A stretch of 64,000 bases of DNA from a virus (IMGVR_UViG_3300014205_005221:96001-160000), one strand, 5' to 3'; counted from the stretch's first letter, positions 48,901 to 56,557 are shown. Numbers and translations: made by a program. Notes: generated from the letters alone by a model not told the origin.

Positions 48901-49297
48901 CCTTGTCCTTGGCACCCTTGGCTACCGCAACCTGGCCAGCCAGGAAATCCGTGACCAGCTGCGTGCCCAGCTCCTCGCTGGAGAACACCACCGTGTCCAT
49001 GAGCGCGGTCGGCAGATCCAACGCCTCCGCCTGCGCCCGGCCGAACCGAGCACCCTCATCGACACCCGCCGACAGCGCACGACGGATGAGCGCCACCGAA
49101 CCCGCGAGCAACGCAGTGGTGACCAGCGGAGAGCCATCTTCCTCTGACTGCGCGTCGGTCAACCGCTGGCCGTAGAGCACCCGCATGTCCGCCACAAACT
49201 GCTGCTCCGCCGCAGCCGCGAACGTGCGCGAGGTATCCACCAGACCCAGCAGCTCTACGAGATCCTGCTCGATCGGCGTCAAAGCCGGGGTGGTCAC
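39932..49297 (-). CDS. Giant MuF (minor head) fusion: MuF + Nudix + internal repeats + HipA/PI3K-like kinase + probable ADP-ribosyltransferase-like domain
   Basis: 3121 aa right after portal; CPMCTRLHG...PPRHPNCRC (MuF); GGIEANLSPQQNAHKELWEETGL (Nudix box); FLFK...E...DWATANDDAHGNNFLL...IDIARSF (atypical kinase); ATHS...ILRTGGLWS...NETMIK (ART-like, weaker). Confidence 0.85.
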   Translation of the reverse strand: MTTPALTPIEQDLVELLGLVDTSRTFAAAAEQQFVADMRVLYGQRLTDAQSEEDGSPLVTTALLAGSVALIRRALSAGVDEGARFGRAQAEALDLPTALMDTVVFSSEELGTQLVTDFLAGQVAVAKGAKDKAKALAEMLRRAELAVVSAVQAGRGAATEQFLQALAELLSETAHKLWVARFDLVNPPCPMCTRLHGQHVPLGEPFEVPDSEPVPYTKVLSTPPRHPNCRCSLVIYFPASAPTVGLTAQGMQAYAKWAMTVSPEDRDDYIAATIVHVKAYTRMVNGHLQHVSGYYYDTKTGMKIPDVGGALPSPNVKQVSAKQAKAINKAQKAADKATPKGGSIDLNWKPGTYKVDMPGDEDTQVIVHQDGSSTSIHKGETVDSDKAKTAQFLSLHKQYGTVTKISDDPDVPDPDGPGPLMEMNEDLKKNGTLPEGSYVFTDNSNWGGVKVNPDGTGEIYKSDFKKSFPLQQVAVKQIANGSLGDVDEVEDDDFNEDWQRKFNASKAGGGSAPEAPSIPNQAEPGDRGKAVPKGIPAPEQQNVLGQQNASGSSGSQNTSEPGDRPQSKKNANGQKMPDFTAKPDVAIPGEPALPDTEGRMATGIALIEPDGYIWIYEPKDHYAGYEHTFPKGGIEANLSPQQNAHKELWEETGLEGDITGYLGDFKRSGGGKVRMYVGKRTGGQPLPDDASPYEPGGSETASVKKVSVEEAESLLNVNRDKRILKDIKEFGLDGRAPAVPADAEPVTDPETGDVVEDMSAPVRPKFSQPEAPEGGPGGVVKNGPSLFSVGAHSVQMEEGSQVYKSGKSKDTLYVLQPDGDLIKYNPQGAGVQAKKVGGADNPAARAQLLSGLNNVTDEGVSIQNTQPLPGSGKALVGGFEMTSTQLEQAINALSANPSGNVAADLKRVGSPLAAGKFHEVAAPYKAYYNNKTKPALIAALQKAHQQTGATPLDAAPAVAHLQESHGLEEHQSSLGLSDHEAIHAALHAVDPQGSGHTHAPASPGFISFGGVPVTPQAVAEALDALQKSPKSETGVKKPLKAIGSPLSGVDLQGHANTSPLTDSFKGGNGKVHYGKLKPAVIALLQDALDKHQTDHPPVPNPAADLPEVPHASPGIQGVLASQAQIKEMQDFFADIDFDQGETMSGKLAQVGHNPLAYGVDWSEFVGRTPAHEMNKVLFDGLNDYLNVKTRPGQNGPVETPGPDDSPKVQLGTVEASVNELQLLKSLWDGPPLGLDPDGQFYTLMGHLPAGHPFKGMGQNGFGASLGVDSHLDSAPWKQAVSDALQKHMDDAVLQLNNPPEAPTAPSTVSVAGKSVTKQEILDAIDAVKNSSSTSVKAPLKAIDSPLAKADLKTFIEADPLSAPFKGGNGKVHYGKLKEAVIAVLQGKADNMASNPTPVTGPDSDPDVTPVDVGAPDPVEDFFSGPPTTNVSGGSLSLQELVKNAKDTDGIFDNSFADAFQQAHKTGETHFWSSSGYIDTDDGYFEGGTYFEINPEENSVVEINDGDFKNLSSAQIADKIGDKFQTSGLGTDLAGSELPEVGFYTSPGGMALKVYPDGTAHSINTSSGQTVHMTDSDLVKSMLELGTWDKLSDLPTDPNAVYVNRVQVGHYASGTSTYSVYPDGSVLIATPSGESMAHIDVVKPYLTSEGIAPTALQVSPDSWMTEALKDPNGFLIGDYKHQYNGNVFKVGENGPEGISPSFFAMNLMDDTLSFQTHTAVFQGDLEDSGPPSLEDQAGAALQSPYLGDLVAKAGNASMQDAWAPTTTPFSQAFQTAAKNNQFVYLTGLGQGNLLSTGAAPQVAHYKFDPDGLVQKIDADGSVLKVYSPEELVSKLDSVYDGPSVAPAVDPVPNTPDAPDEVSPDGYWNGVQLGTWTDGEGMHVTLDASGPNMDIDEFMNAVESGDMFWVPPQNSPVASTPSHMFDADAPVLQPFMVAGHIRPDWVEKPVLLASAKKWAKDSGFENIAAKHLNSSTKKEDLVAWMYAWANGEWDKAYEIESKKVQQHGKRKVHPGSPENPVNASGFVKKKMPPLVSGEIPAGIKVDGSWPNTDSWHLWQSETVDAYLLAANMQHPTGLSSSQKRSWAIAHASGNKLGTDSLSYLGQKNVNEGDIHSSPILPSVEKYAPGYAVPLPEGFPEMDYSKVAVQGWNNSQLDTYLNHVGVSDKSVEFLTSQTPEVKAQLVALHAVAAAPEGSATFKSPAFAKQQMQDLLGKIYEDSHYNVPALLGFVHDALKLEKKTYTMNAEQPPLGGGSSSEIWQLTDEQGNPFLFKVAPEKFRAEIEHASHKLAELAGFRVAASELGTFNGKFGQFQAKVPSQGTLMNTDPVDLPISALKDLMAAHVQDWATANDDAHGNNFLLMPDGKRVMPIDIARSFVRFGKPGSMQLKVGQLSDWTTPYYDKVYKAALSGKYSDADVDSLYLASMAQARKTSSVSDASWGSTITEGLQNRTNFGWTSAKDLPDLVSQALARKNALSEDFEKFWDGIYSQLGREKPAKSQSLGKHVFSGFSEDHLTRVKEAGHAGASTFFGGNALEENYVLAQEVKTSQGGTELHMTALVRKQADKELRKWLVARAGNTVTVGDVSDSYQKTEFLSNAGATSYSQFSLAAAKTVSHHNGLGDQNFNSSHMANFNTMKADVEKKLAEVESGIYPSQFADWTEAKETYKNLLSYYDGKIKDVQRLIDFGGQSKHGDFDPFPFEPPKRPAITPEIAAPSDGFKVKKVVSYYEQGSIDDDGNMVLNGSKPSGWNSQILQSGTTYVVELPDGTEIEYRSWHDEDGVRRSQQGGLKIKVRNYDGTHTGTEAAMTALQQMGLDLSAAEDTDMELFYWRHLYGVLTDRRDQGQGKHKDVVDYVRDNLPGGTEGTPALQAKEELERWREAWSRLTSKEQVKEFVDKQKYMPKFSHPNVARPEVVGGNPYWDRFDADWEYLKNKPFATHSIGMGDMRTILRTGGLWSNEARPRMMGKVIEGQSSPPDITNGAGHFNFVRTNQTGNNFDYSQIYVNPRVLAKTTNYSFKGDGWGKIDNRKIKSDFSLEKATSIQDHNETMIKHGISVLDDIELAVFNSQSERQAFIDYLKSKGVTNIRGLTIEDRFVVAAGKAEALAKVKAAALAWNPDEEDD

Positions 49298-50922
49298 TAC
49301 GCACCTGCCATCGCGCTCAAGGCGCTGTCGATCGCGTCACGGTCAGTGTTGTCGAGAGCGACGAACTCGGGAGCGAGATACGTCGAAGCCGACGGAAGGC
49401 CCTCAGAAGACAGCTGAGAGGGCAATGCGGGCAGCTGAGGCGTAGGCGCGGGAGCACCCCCCGGAAGCGCAGCCTGACCCGGCATTCCCATGGGCTGGTT
49501 ACCCGGGATGAACTGCTGCTGCGGGGCCACACCCGGCTGCTGATCTGCAGGCACCGTAGGGATGGGCTGGAACGGCGGCTCCATCGGAGGGGCTCCGACA
49601 CCGGCCATGAAGTGCTTCACGGTCTCATCGGTCTGCTTCTTCAGCAGCTCATCGAGCTTCTCGTACTCGATGTCAAGGCCCATCTCACCCGCCATGTACT
49701 TCTCCAGCTCCAGCATGAACCGGCGAGTCACGTTGGCGCCCTGGCCAGCAGAAGAAAGCTTGTCAAACGTGTTCTTGATGGCCTCTTTTTGCTCTTCAGA
49801 AAACGGGCCAAACTTCAGCTTTGGATACTTGTCGTTCTTAAAGTTCCAGTCAATGAATCGCGGAGTGAGCCAATCGTTAAAAATAGTTTCTAACTCGTTA
49901 ATAATGACATTGACCAGCACCAAATACATCGAGTCGTTAGGGCCGCCGAACGACACCAACGGAGAACCGCCACCCTGCTGATCGTCCAGGAACGGCGCCA
50001 ACACCGACTTACTCATCTGGCTGTTGTGGTGATTGATGAAATCCATGAACGGGAACTCACCCGGGGAACGGCCGAGATCCTCCACCGACCAGCCAATATC
50101 CGGAACCGTCACCGACTGCGCAAGGCCGAAGTCCTGCAACGCCATGCGGAACTGGCTGATCTCCTTGGGAGAGGCCGACGTCGGGTACTTGCCCAGACGC
50201 GACCCCACCGCACGGTGCTGCGCCGCGAGGTGCGCCAAGTAGTACAGCTTGATCTTCTTATCGTAGTGATAAAAAGCAGCGTTAAAGTAAGAAACTCCGT
50301 AGAACGGATTCTCTTCCTCGGAGCACGCGTAATAGATCGAGTTCTTGGCTTCGATCTTCTCGTCGATGACTCGGCCATTCGGAGTCACGGTGCGCTGACG
50401 GAACCCGTCGTACTCACCCTGCTCATCGACCGCGAACGACACAGTATCCGAAGGACGATACGCGATCTTGTCGAGCGTGTACTTACCCTCCAGCGGACCC
50501 TTGCGCGGGCGCGTGTAGACCAGCTCGAAAGGCGCAAACCCGTCCACCGTCGCCAGCAGCATCTGCGAGACAACTCGATTGAACGGCGTACGCATACCGC
50601 CATTCACCGCAGGCAAGGTGTAGAGATTCGTGATGAACTCCGCCTCCTTGTCCCCGCCATCCGCCGGAACCCAGGACGCACGCTTCGCCGCCGCGCGGGC
50701 GGGCATGGTGAGCAGCCGGTACAGCGCACGCGCCTGGCCATCTTGGCGACGCATCTCTGTCAGCTGCTTCACCGTGGGAACGTCGTTGCGCCCCAGCAGG
50801 TACGAACCCTTGGAGTCGAAGCCCTCGGCGAACGGCATACCCGCCAGCCGAATACCCATCTCCTCATTAAGCTCAGAGTTTTTGGGCTTGACCATTTCGG
50901 TGACATTGTCGGGCTTTGCCAC
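49297..50922 (-). CDS. Portal protein (Mu gp29/DUF935-like)
   Basis: 541 aa after terminase; GFAPFELVY, ENPFYGVS, INHHNSQMSKSVLA. Confidence 0.9.
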   Translation of the reverse strand: MAKPDNVTEMVKPKNSELNEEMGIRLAGMPFAEGFDSKGSYLLGRNDVPTVKQLTEMRRQDGQARALYRLLTMPARAAAKRASWVPADGGDKEAEFITNLYTLPAVNGGMRTPFNRVVSQMLLATVDGFAPFELVYTRPRKGPLEGKYTLDKIAYRPSDTVSFAVDEQGEYDGFRQRTVTPNGRVIDEKIEAKNSIYYACSEEENPFYGVSYFNAAFYHYDKKIKLYYLAHLAAQHRAVGSRLGKYPTSASPKEISQFRMALQDFGLAQSVTVPDIGWSVEDLGRSPGEFPFMDFINHHNSQMSKSVLAPFLDDQQGGGSPLVSFGGPNDSMYLVLVNVIINELETIFNDWLTPRFIDWNFKNDKYPKLKFGPFSEEQKEAIKNTFDKLSSAGQGANVTRRFMLELEKYMAGEMGLDIEYEKLDELLKKQTDETVKHFMAGVGAPPMEPPFQPIPTVPADQQPGVAPQQQFIPGNQPMGMPGQAALPGGAPAPTPQLPALPSQLSSEGLPSASTYLAPEFVALDNTDRDAIDSALSAMAGA

Positions 50923-50938
50923 CGACTACCTCCAAAGA

Positions 50939-52834
50939 TTACAGTCCGGGCAACTTAAAGCTGTTGCCTGTCTGCATGCCGCGCCACACATCCTCCGCTC
51001 CAACAGGAGCATCACCGGCCGCGCTCGACACCCAAAACAGGTCTTGGGGGTCTTCGTCTGGATCCGTCGTCTCCTCGGCCCCGCCCGTCGTCACGGCGGT
51101 GATGACCGCGCCGCAGACAGCATCGGATAAATCCTTAGACCCGCCCGGAGGATGATCGATCTTGCGCTTCTTGGGATCCTGCTGAAGATGCAGCAGCTCA
51201 TTGCGCAGCAGACGGCTGTAGGGAATCTCAACCCGACCCTCTTCGACCAGGCTGCGGAACTGCCGGTACGGCTCATCGGTGCGGTCCATCGACAACAGCG
51301 GAGCCTCAATGCCGCCGACCTGAAGGATCTGTCGGTTGTCGACGCTCTGCCATCCGTCCATCGACGCCGCGCGGATCGGGAAGCCTCGCTGCTGCAGCTC
51401 GAACACCAACTGTCGATAGAAGCGAAGCTGGATCTCGCGGGGAGGATCCGATTCCAGGTCCGCCTCCAGAGCAATTGCGGTGTCCACCTTCACCACCGGG
51501 CGCTCATCCCAGACGAGCTGACCGTTGTACTCCGGATCCTTGCGTGCGAACTTGTCCCAGCTCACGACGTGCGCCATGGCGAACCCGGCACGATCACCGT
51601 TAAGCGCAAGGTCGCAGTGAGTGGCATACGTAGCGCCGGGGATAGGCTTCAGCGACTGCGGAATGACAAAGCGAGGGTGCCATCCACCCTGCGCGAACTC
51701 CCAGTGGACCTCGATCTCGGGAGTGTCGACCATCGCCGAGTCGACCGAATTCTCGGAACGGAAATACGGCGGGAGCATGGTGCGCTCGGGCATGCACAGA
51801 TACGCCGCGCGAGCCCATTCCGGTTCCGCCTCGAAGTCCGCCACCAGCTCTTCAGGAACCGGGACCGGAGAGATCTCCTTCTCCAGCTCCACGAATGTCG
51901 TGCGCGCCAGCAGCGGATTGAACTCCCACGACGGCATAGGGCCGACGATGAAGTGCTTAGAATCCGCACCCTTGCGCTCGATGTCTTGCTTAGACTCAGC
52001 ATGCAGCTGCAGAATCGGCGATCCGTGATACCGGGGATACGAAATGCGAACGTTCTTGAATGTTCGTGGAAAACGAGTCACCGCCGAGGAACGCAGCATC
52101 TTGATGATGCCCTCCGCAGAACGCATCGGGGTGCGGGTACCGCCGCTTCCCGTGCGGGCGATGTCATCAGCAGTGCGGAACGCATCGATCTCGTCCGCCA
52201 CACCGAGAATCAGGTTCAGACCCTCCTGGGTCTCTGCATCCGAGGATCCAGACACCGACTCCAGGCCACGCGCCCACTCGATCGTATTCTTCTTAGGATC
52301 ACACTTGTCCGCAAACCACCCCTTGCGGACAATTCGAGTCATAGGCTCGAAATACGCACGGCGTGCCTGATCCTTGGTAGAAGCCACGTTGAGCATGTGG
52401 ATCGACTCCGAGGACGGCATGCCGAAGTAATCACGCGGGTCCTTGAGACACAGCAGCAGATACGAGATGCGCAACGCCATCAGGCGAGCAATCAAGTCCT
52501 TGCCGCCACCCTTGCCGACCAGCAACGTCAGGAAGTTCGCCATCGGAATCGGCGCCCAGTAATCACCGAACTCCGCCTGCATGTGCGGGTACAGCTCCGG
52601 GTAATAGACCCGTTCCGCAGCCCGGAGCGCCGTAGCCTGCGGGACAGACAACGGAGACATGCCGATGTAATGCTTGTCCGAGATGAAGACGTCCAGCGGG
52701 ACAGGCTCTTCCGCGAACAAATCATCGCAGACGCCCCGCGCCGTCGACAGACGCTCTTCCGAACCGAGCTGGCGCAGCCATTGAGCCGGAGTCAGAGCGT
52801 CATTCTGCTCAACGGCACGTAGACGAGGGGGCAT
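50939..52834 (-). CDS. terL: Terminase large subunit
   Basis: GKGGGKD Walker A, VADEID Walker B, HCDLA and DHPPGGSKDLSDA nuclease motifs. Confidence 0.93.
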   Translation of the reverse strand: MPPRLRAVEQNDALTPAQWLRQLGSEERLSTARGVCDDLFAEEPVPLDVFISDKHYIGMSPLSVPQATALRAAERVYYPELYPHMQAEFGDYWAPIPMANFLTLLVGKGGGKDLIARLMALRISYLLLCLKDPRDYFGMPSSESIHMLNVASTKDQARRAYFEPMTRIVRKGWFADKCDPKKNTIEWARGLESVSGSSDAETQEGLNLILGVADEIDAFRTADDIARTGSGGTRTPMRSAEGIIKMLRSSAVTRFPRTFKNVRISYPRYHGSPILQLHAESKQDIERKGADSKHFIVGPMPSWEFNPLLARTTFVELEKEISPVPVPEELVADFEAEPEWARAAYLCMPERTMLPPYFRSENSVDSAMVDTPEIEVHWEFAQGGWHPRFVIPQSLKPIPGATYATHCDLALNGDRAGFAMAHVVSWDKFARKDPEYNGQLVWDERPVVKVDTAIALEADLESDPPREIQLRFYRQLVFELQQRGFPIRAASMDGWQSVDNRQILQVGGIEAPLLSMDRTDEPYRQFRSLVEEGRVEIPYSRLLRNELLHLQQDPKKRKIDHPPGGSKDLSDAVCGAVITAVTTGGAEETTDPDEDPQDLFWVSSAAGDAPVGAEDVWRGMQTGNSFKLPGL

Positions 52835-52847
52835 ATCCCAGTCTTCG
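52832..52847 (-). promoter_or_regulatory. Putative leaderless late promoter CGAAGAC-N6-ATG
   Basis: CACGAAGACTGGGATATG at terminase start. Confidence 0.55.
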
Positions 52848-52858
52848 TGCAGTCCGTG

Positions 52859-53518
52859 CTAAGCGGTCATCGCGTAGTAGTCCAGAGGACCCGGAATCCA
52901 CAGCTCCGATGCCAGCCGGTACAACTCACGGCTGAACGAATCCGACGCAGCTCCGTACTTCTCGCAAAACACAAACCCCTCGGCCAACAGCTCCGGGATG
53001 CTCATCGAAGCACGCTGCGAGTACTTCCGAGCAGCCGCAGCGCCCGAGATCCCCGACGCCTTCTCCAAGCGTCGCAACACCGCCTGATACCCCGCCTCCA
53101 GCGAACTCGGGTACCGACGATGGATGGGCACCTGGAACAGCAGGTGCCCCCACTCGTGCGTAAGAATGTCTTCCCAACAATCTCCTACGAGAGCGTTGGT
53201 TTCACGCAGTCCTAGAAGCTCGACCTCAGACAACGGGTTCAGCAGTTTGCGCTTGTTGATCTGCAAAACTCCCTCAACGGTAGTCATGCAGAAGGTAGAA
53301 GCATGCGCGTAGTCGTCGCCTAGATCTTTAGCGTGAACCTTCTTAATGCCTGCGGCCAAGTACGGCCACGCTTCACTCAAGTCGTACAGGTGCTGACGAA
53401 GCTGAGGAAGACGCGAGTACTTCCGCAACTGCCAGCTAAACGGGATGAGCAACTCATGCCCGGGAGGACGCGCCGCGCTCGCAATCGGCTTCACCGACGG
53501 AAGCAACGACATAGACAT
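52859..53518 (-). CDS. HExxH zincin-like metalloprotein
   Basis: ILTHEWGHLL...YS.RA...ELLAEGF. Confidence 0.7.
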   Translation of the reverse strand: MSMSLLPSVKPIASAARPPGHELLIPFSWQLRKYSRLPQLRQHLYDLSEAWPYLAAGIKKVHAKDLGDDYAHASTFCMTTVEGVLQINKRKLLNPLSEVELLGLRETNALVGDCWEDILTHEWGHLLFQVPIHRRYPSSLEAGYQAVLRRLEKASGISGAAAARKYSQRASMSIPELLAEGFVFCEKYGAASDSFSRELYRLASELWIPGPLDYYAMTA

Positions 53519-53541
53519 GCGCCCGTTATACCGTACCTACC

Positions 53542-54135
53542 TCATTGTTGTGCAAGTTTCGCCCATACAATTACGTTCGAGAGGTAACGATGGGCTGCGC
53601 GATCCAGCGTTCCGCCGCACGTGATCAAGCGCAGCTCGGCACCAGAAGTGTTCTGGTACACATCAGCTGTGGGAAATTCATTCTTGTCAATAGTTGACGT
53701 TCGGTACACCTCGAACGCCGCGACAGTCCCATCCTCGCGCTGAACCTCAATGCGATCACCCTCGACCACGCTCTTGAGGTTGGCGAAGATTCCCTGCTCA
53801 CCGCCACCGTTGACGTGCCCCAAGATGACGGCCGGTCCCTTAGCGCCCGGACGAGGGCCAAGGTTGTACCAGGACGCCAGCATGGGCTGCTCGACCGGAG
53901 GCTCCAAATGTCCGCCCCGAGCATCGAGTCCCAGCCCGTCAACCATGACAGGACCATCGATGTTGCGCGCGAACACCGATACATTCACCGGACGCGGCTG
54001 CACACCAGGCAGAACATCAGCAGGCGCAGACTGCGCGGGCGTGCTCGGCGCGTCCGGAGCCGCTGCAGTCCCACACCCAGCCAGGACTGCAGCGAACACC
54101 AGAACAGAGGCCAAAAGCCCCGCTACACGACTCAC
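53542..54135 (-). CDS. Class F sortase, lipoprotein
   Basis: LAGC lipobox; WY.LGPRPG.KG.AVILGHV; LRLITCGG...YLSNVIV. Confidence 0.9.
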   Translation of the reverse strand: MSRVAGLLASVLVFAAVLAGCGTAAAPDAPSTPAQSAPADVLPGVQPRPVNVSVFARNIDGPVMVDGLGLDARGGHLEPPVEQPMLASWYNLGPRPGAKGPAVILGHVNGGGEQGIFANLKSVVEGDRIEVQREDGTVAAFEVYRTSTIDKNEFPTADVYQNTSGAELRLITCGGTLDRAAHRYLSNVIVWAKLAQQ

Positions 54136-54737
54136 TCCGTCGAACCGTCCCCGGTCTCAGGCGCATCGTTGGGAACCACGACAACATCCGAGCCGCCTGG
54201 AACCACCGTGACCGTAGTCAGAGGCGGAGCTGTGGTGGTCGGGGTGACAGTCACAGTGGTCGGCGGAGCCGGAGCGCACGCCTTCAACTTGTCATCGATC
54301 AGTAGATTGAGCTTGGCCTGCGCGTCTGCCAGAACCTTCTTCAGCTCCGTCAAAGGCGTGGTGCTTGCAGCATTGATAAACGCCGTCACCGCAGCAACGA
54401 AATCACCCTGAGCCTTGGTCAGCTTGGTCTGCAGGTCCAACAGAACCGCAACCGACGCCTTCGCTGCAACCGCCGAAGCGTACGCATCTCCAGCCTTCGC
54501 AAGCACATCCTGCTTCAAAAGAACCTGCGTCTGCAAACCCGCGAGCGCGGTATCCGCGTCAGCCAACTTGTCGGAAGCGTCGACTACCACCTGAGCCTGA
54601 GCCACCACACGAACTGTCGCGGTCACACACCCAGCAGAGTCCGGGCCAACGGCAGGTGCTGCTGCCGCCAGCGGAGCAAACACTGACAGCGAAGCGGCTA
54701 CCAAGCCGCTCACCACCAGCAAACGGAACTGCTTCAT
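54132..54737 (-). CDS. Secreted coiled-coil protein with Pro/Thr stalk and APETG motif (candidate sortase substrate)
   Basis: Signal peptide (AAA|AP); PAPPTTVTVTPTTTAPP; C-terminal VPNDAPETGDGSTE. Confidence 0.75.
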   Translation of the reverse strand: MKQFRLLVVSGLVAASLSVFAPLAAAAPAVGPDSAGCVTATVRVVAQAQVVVDASDKLADADTALAGLQTQVLLKQDVLAKAGDAYASAVAAKASVAVLLDLQTKLTKAQGDFVAAVTAFINAASTTPLTELKKVLADAQAKLNLLIDDKLKACAPAPPTTVTVTPTTTAPPLTTVTVVPGGSDVVVVPNDAPETGDGSTE

Positions 54738-54785
54738 CTCACGGTCTCCTTGATCGGGGATGAGACCTTACGGGTAGCTATTCGG

Positions 54786-55469
54786 CTATGCAGTCTCACT
54801 TACACAAGTGTAAGTAGGAAAGCTGTCGTCCGCGTTTGATCGTGTGCAGCGGATGTTTTCCAACGGGCTAGAACTAGGAAAAATGAACTCCGCTGGCGGC
54901 TGACCCGGAGCACCCGCAGGTCCCTGCGCCCCAGGCGGACCCGTGTCGCCCTGCGCCCCCTGCACGCCCTGAGGACCCTGCACGCCCTGGATACCCTGCG
55001 CGCCAGCGGTGCCCGGCTCACCCGGAGTACCGGCCGTACCTGGCTCACCAGGCGTACCCGCGATACCCGGCTCACCAGGAACACCCTGCGGGCCCGTAGC
55101 ACCGGGGATGCCCGGAATGGGGGCGATCTTGACCCGCTCAGCCTGCGAACACAGACCGGACGGCAGAGAACTCTTGGCATCGGAGTCCGCGCACGCTTCA
55201 GAGATTTGGCTCGCCAGCGTCTTAGCCTGCCCAGCGGTGGCATCGCGCTGCTGCACCACCAAATCCTTCTGGGTGGTGACATTTTCGACCTGGCGGTTGC
55301 TGGTCTTCACGGACAACACCAACGCCGTAGCCGCAACGATGAGAGCAACCCCGACCAGCACCGGCCACAGACGCTTGAGCAGCGAAAGAAAATCCGGACG
55401 GTTATGTCGAGAACGATTTTTGGGACGGTTCGCGGGTACGCCCGCAGGCATCGGGAACGCTCGGGTCAT
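54786..55469 (-). CDS. Membrane-anchored collagen-like protein
   Basis: One TM segment, coiled coil with Cys pair, (GXY)n tract. Confidence 0.8.
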   Translation of the reverse strand: MTRAFPMPAGVPANRPKNRSRHNRPDFLSLLKRLWPVLVGVALIVAATALVLSVKTSNRQVENVTTQKDLVVQQRDATAGQAKTLASQISEACADSDAKSSLPSGLCSQAERVKIAPIPGIPGATGPQGVPGEPGIAGTPGEPGTAGTPGEPGTAGAQGIQGVQGPQGVQGAQGDTGPPGAQGPAGAPGQPPAEFIFPSSSPLENIRCTRSNADDSFPTYTCVSETA

Positions 55470-55915
55470 GTCAAGTCACCACAGTTCGGAGGCGGTGGCA
55501 GAGGTGCGGCTGCCCGAACCCTCTCCAATTCACGGATTGCAGAAATATACTTCTGAGTCTCACGAGCAGCCGCTTCACGATCACCAGCCAGCGTGGCGGT
55601 CAACAGCTCCACCTGAGCCTGCGTCTCCACGCGCTGAGCTTCACTGCGATCAGTCAGCGCCTGAGAAACAGCTTTATTGTATGTAATCTGGCAGGAAGTA
55701 GTTCGATAGTAACTAATTCCGGAAAGAACAACTAAGATGAGGATGGCTAATCCAACAAACGAACGGAAAAGCTCAAACTTGGTAGCCCTCACCCTCTTAC
55801 CTCCGGTCGTTGTTGCATCAGCCTGGGCAGACCGAATGGCCAGCCAACATGTAGCCCAACCCAGCACAAAGCCGCCACCAGACCACAGCAGTGCGGAGTA
55901 CAGGGAAGGAGCCAT
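55466..55915 (-). CDS. Membrane protein
   Basis: 149 aa, two TM segments plus coiled coil. Confidence 0.7.
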   Translation of the reverse strand: MAPSLYSALLWSGGGFVLGWATCWLAIRSAQADATTTGGKRVRATKFELFRSFVGLAILILVVLSGISYYRTTSCQITYNKAVSQALTDRSEAQRVETQAQVELLTATLAGDREAAARETQKYISAIRELERVRAAAPLPPPPNCGDLT

Positions 55916-56151
55916 TAGTCGACCTTTGCCGGTTCCGGATCTTCCTCTTCTTTATCCTCTTCAGGATTGCCGTTCTTGTCCTTGTTGGACCTACGCGACA
56001 GGGCTAACGCTCCACCAACAATAGCCATAAAAATACCATTGATAGCAACGTCCGGACTGTAGTCCTCAACAATGAACTGCGCCGCAAAATTAATGGCCCA
56101 GACCACAGTGACGACAACAATGATCGCCGTCGCCAGTGGCTTAGGGATCAC
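55915..56151 (-). CDS. Small two-TM membrane protein (holin-like)
   Basis: 78 aa; charged C-terminal tail. Confidence 0.65.
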   Translation of the reverse strand: MIPKPLATAIIVVVTVVWAINFAAQFIVEDYSPDVAINGIFMAIVGGALALSRRSNKDKNGNPEEDKEEEDPEPAKVD

Positions 56152-56525
56152 TCTTTCGTCCTATGCTCAGGCCGATTAACCGGCGGAACCTCATACCGAA
56201 GTCGCCACGCTCCCCACAGCATCAGACTGACGCCGATCAAGCTGAGAGCAAGGCGATAATGAGCATGATCGCCAATGTGGTCAACTTCAGTACCGATCAC
56301 GATCATGGCAAACAAACACTGAGCAGTCAGTCGAGCCTGCTGTCCTGAAGCTCGGGCATTCAGCACTAACCGTGGTGTCCACACGATTAACGCAAGTCCC
56401 AACAACATCGTGATTACTCGTACAATGTCGACCCAAAAAACAAGAGGCCAGGCAAACGGGGTGCCAGGTCCATCAGGAGCACAGAGTGCGTAGCAATCCC
56501 TTGCGTATAAGATTGTCGGTAACAC
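56148..56525 (-). CDS. Membrane protein
   Basis: 125 aa, three TM segments. Confidence 0.6.
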   Translation of the reverse strand: MLPTILYARDCYALCAPDGPGTPFAWPLVFWVDIVRVITMLLGLALIVWTPRLVLNARASGQQARLTAQCLFAMIVIGTEVDHIGDHAHYRLALSLIGVSLMLWGAWRLRYEVPPVNRPEHRTKE

Positions 56526-56528
56526 AGC

Positions 56529-56556
56529 TTGAACCCCCGCTCAAGCGGAAGCTCAA
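56529..56556 (-). terminator. Hairpin, possible terminator
   Basis: UUGAGCUUCCGC-UUGA-GCGGGGGUUCAA pairs with G.U on minus-strand RNA just after the stop at 56558; weak U tract. Confidence 0.5.
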
Positions 56557-56557
56557 A

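Noticed and set aside
50939-52834. Intein or intron in terminase, portal or capsid genes
   Set aside because: Lengths are ordinary, frames are uninterrupted, and no splicing motifs were seen
54125-54140. Frameshift fusing the APETG protein to the sortase N-terminal hydrophobic segment to supply a sorting tail
   Set aside because: Junction is an ordinary GTGA stop/start overlap with no slippery sequence
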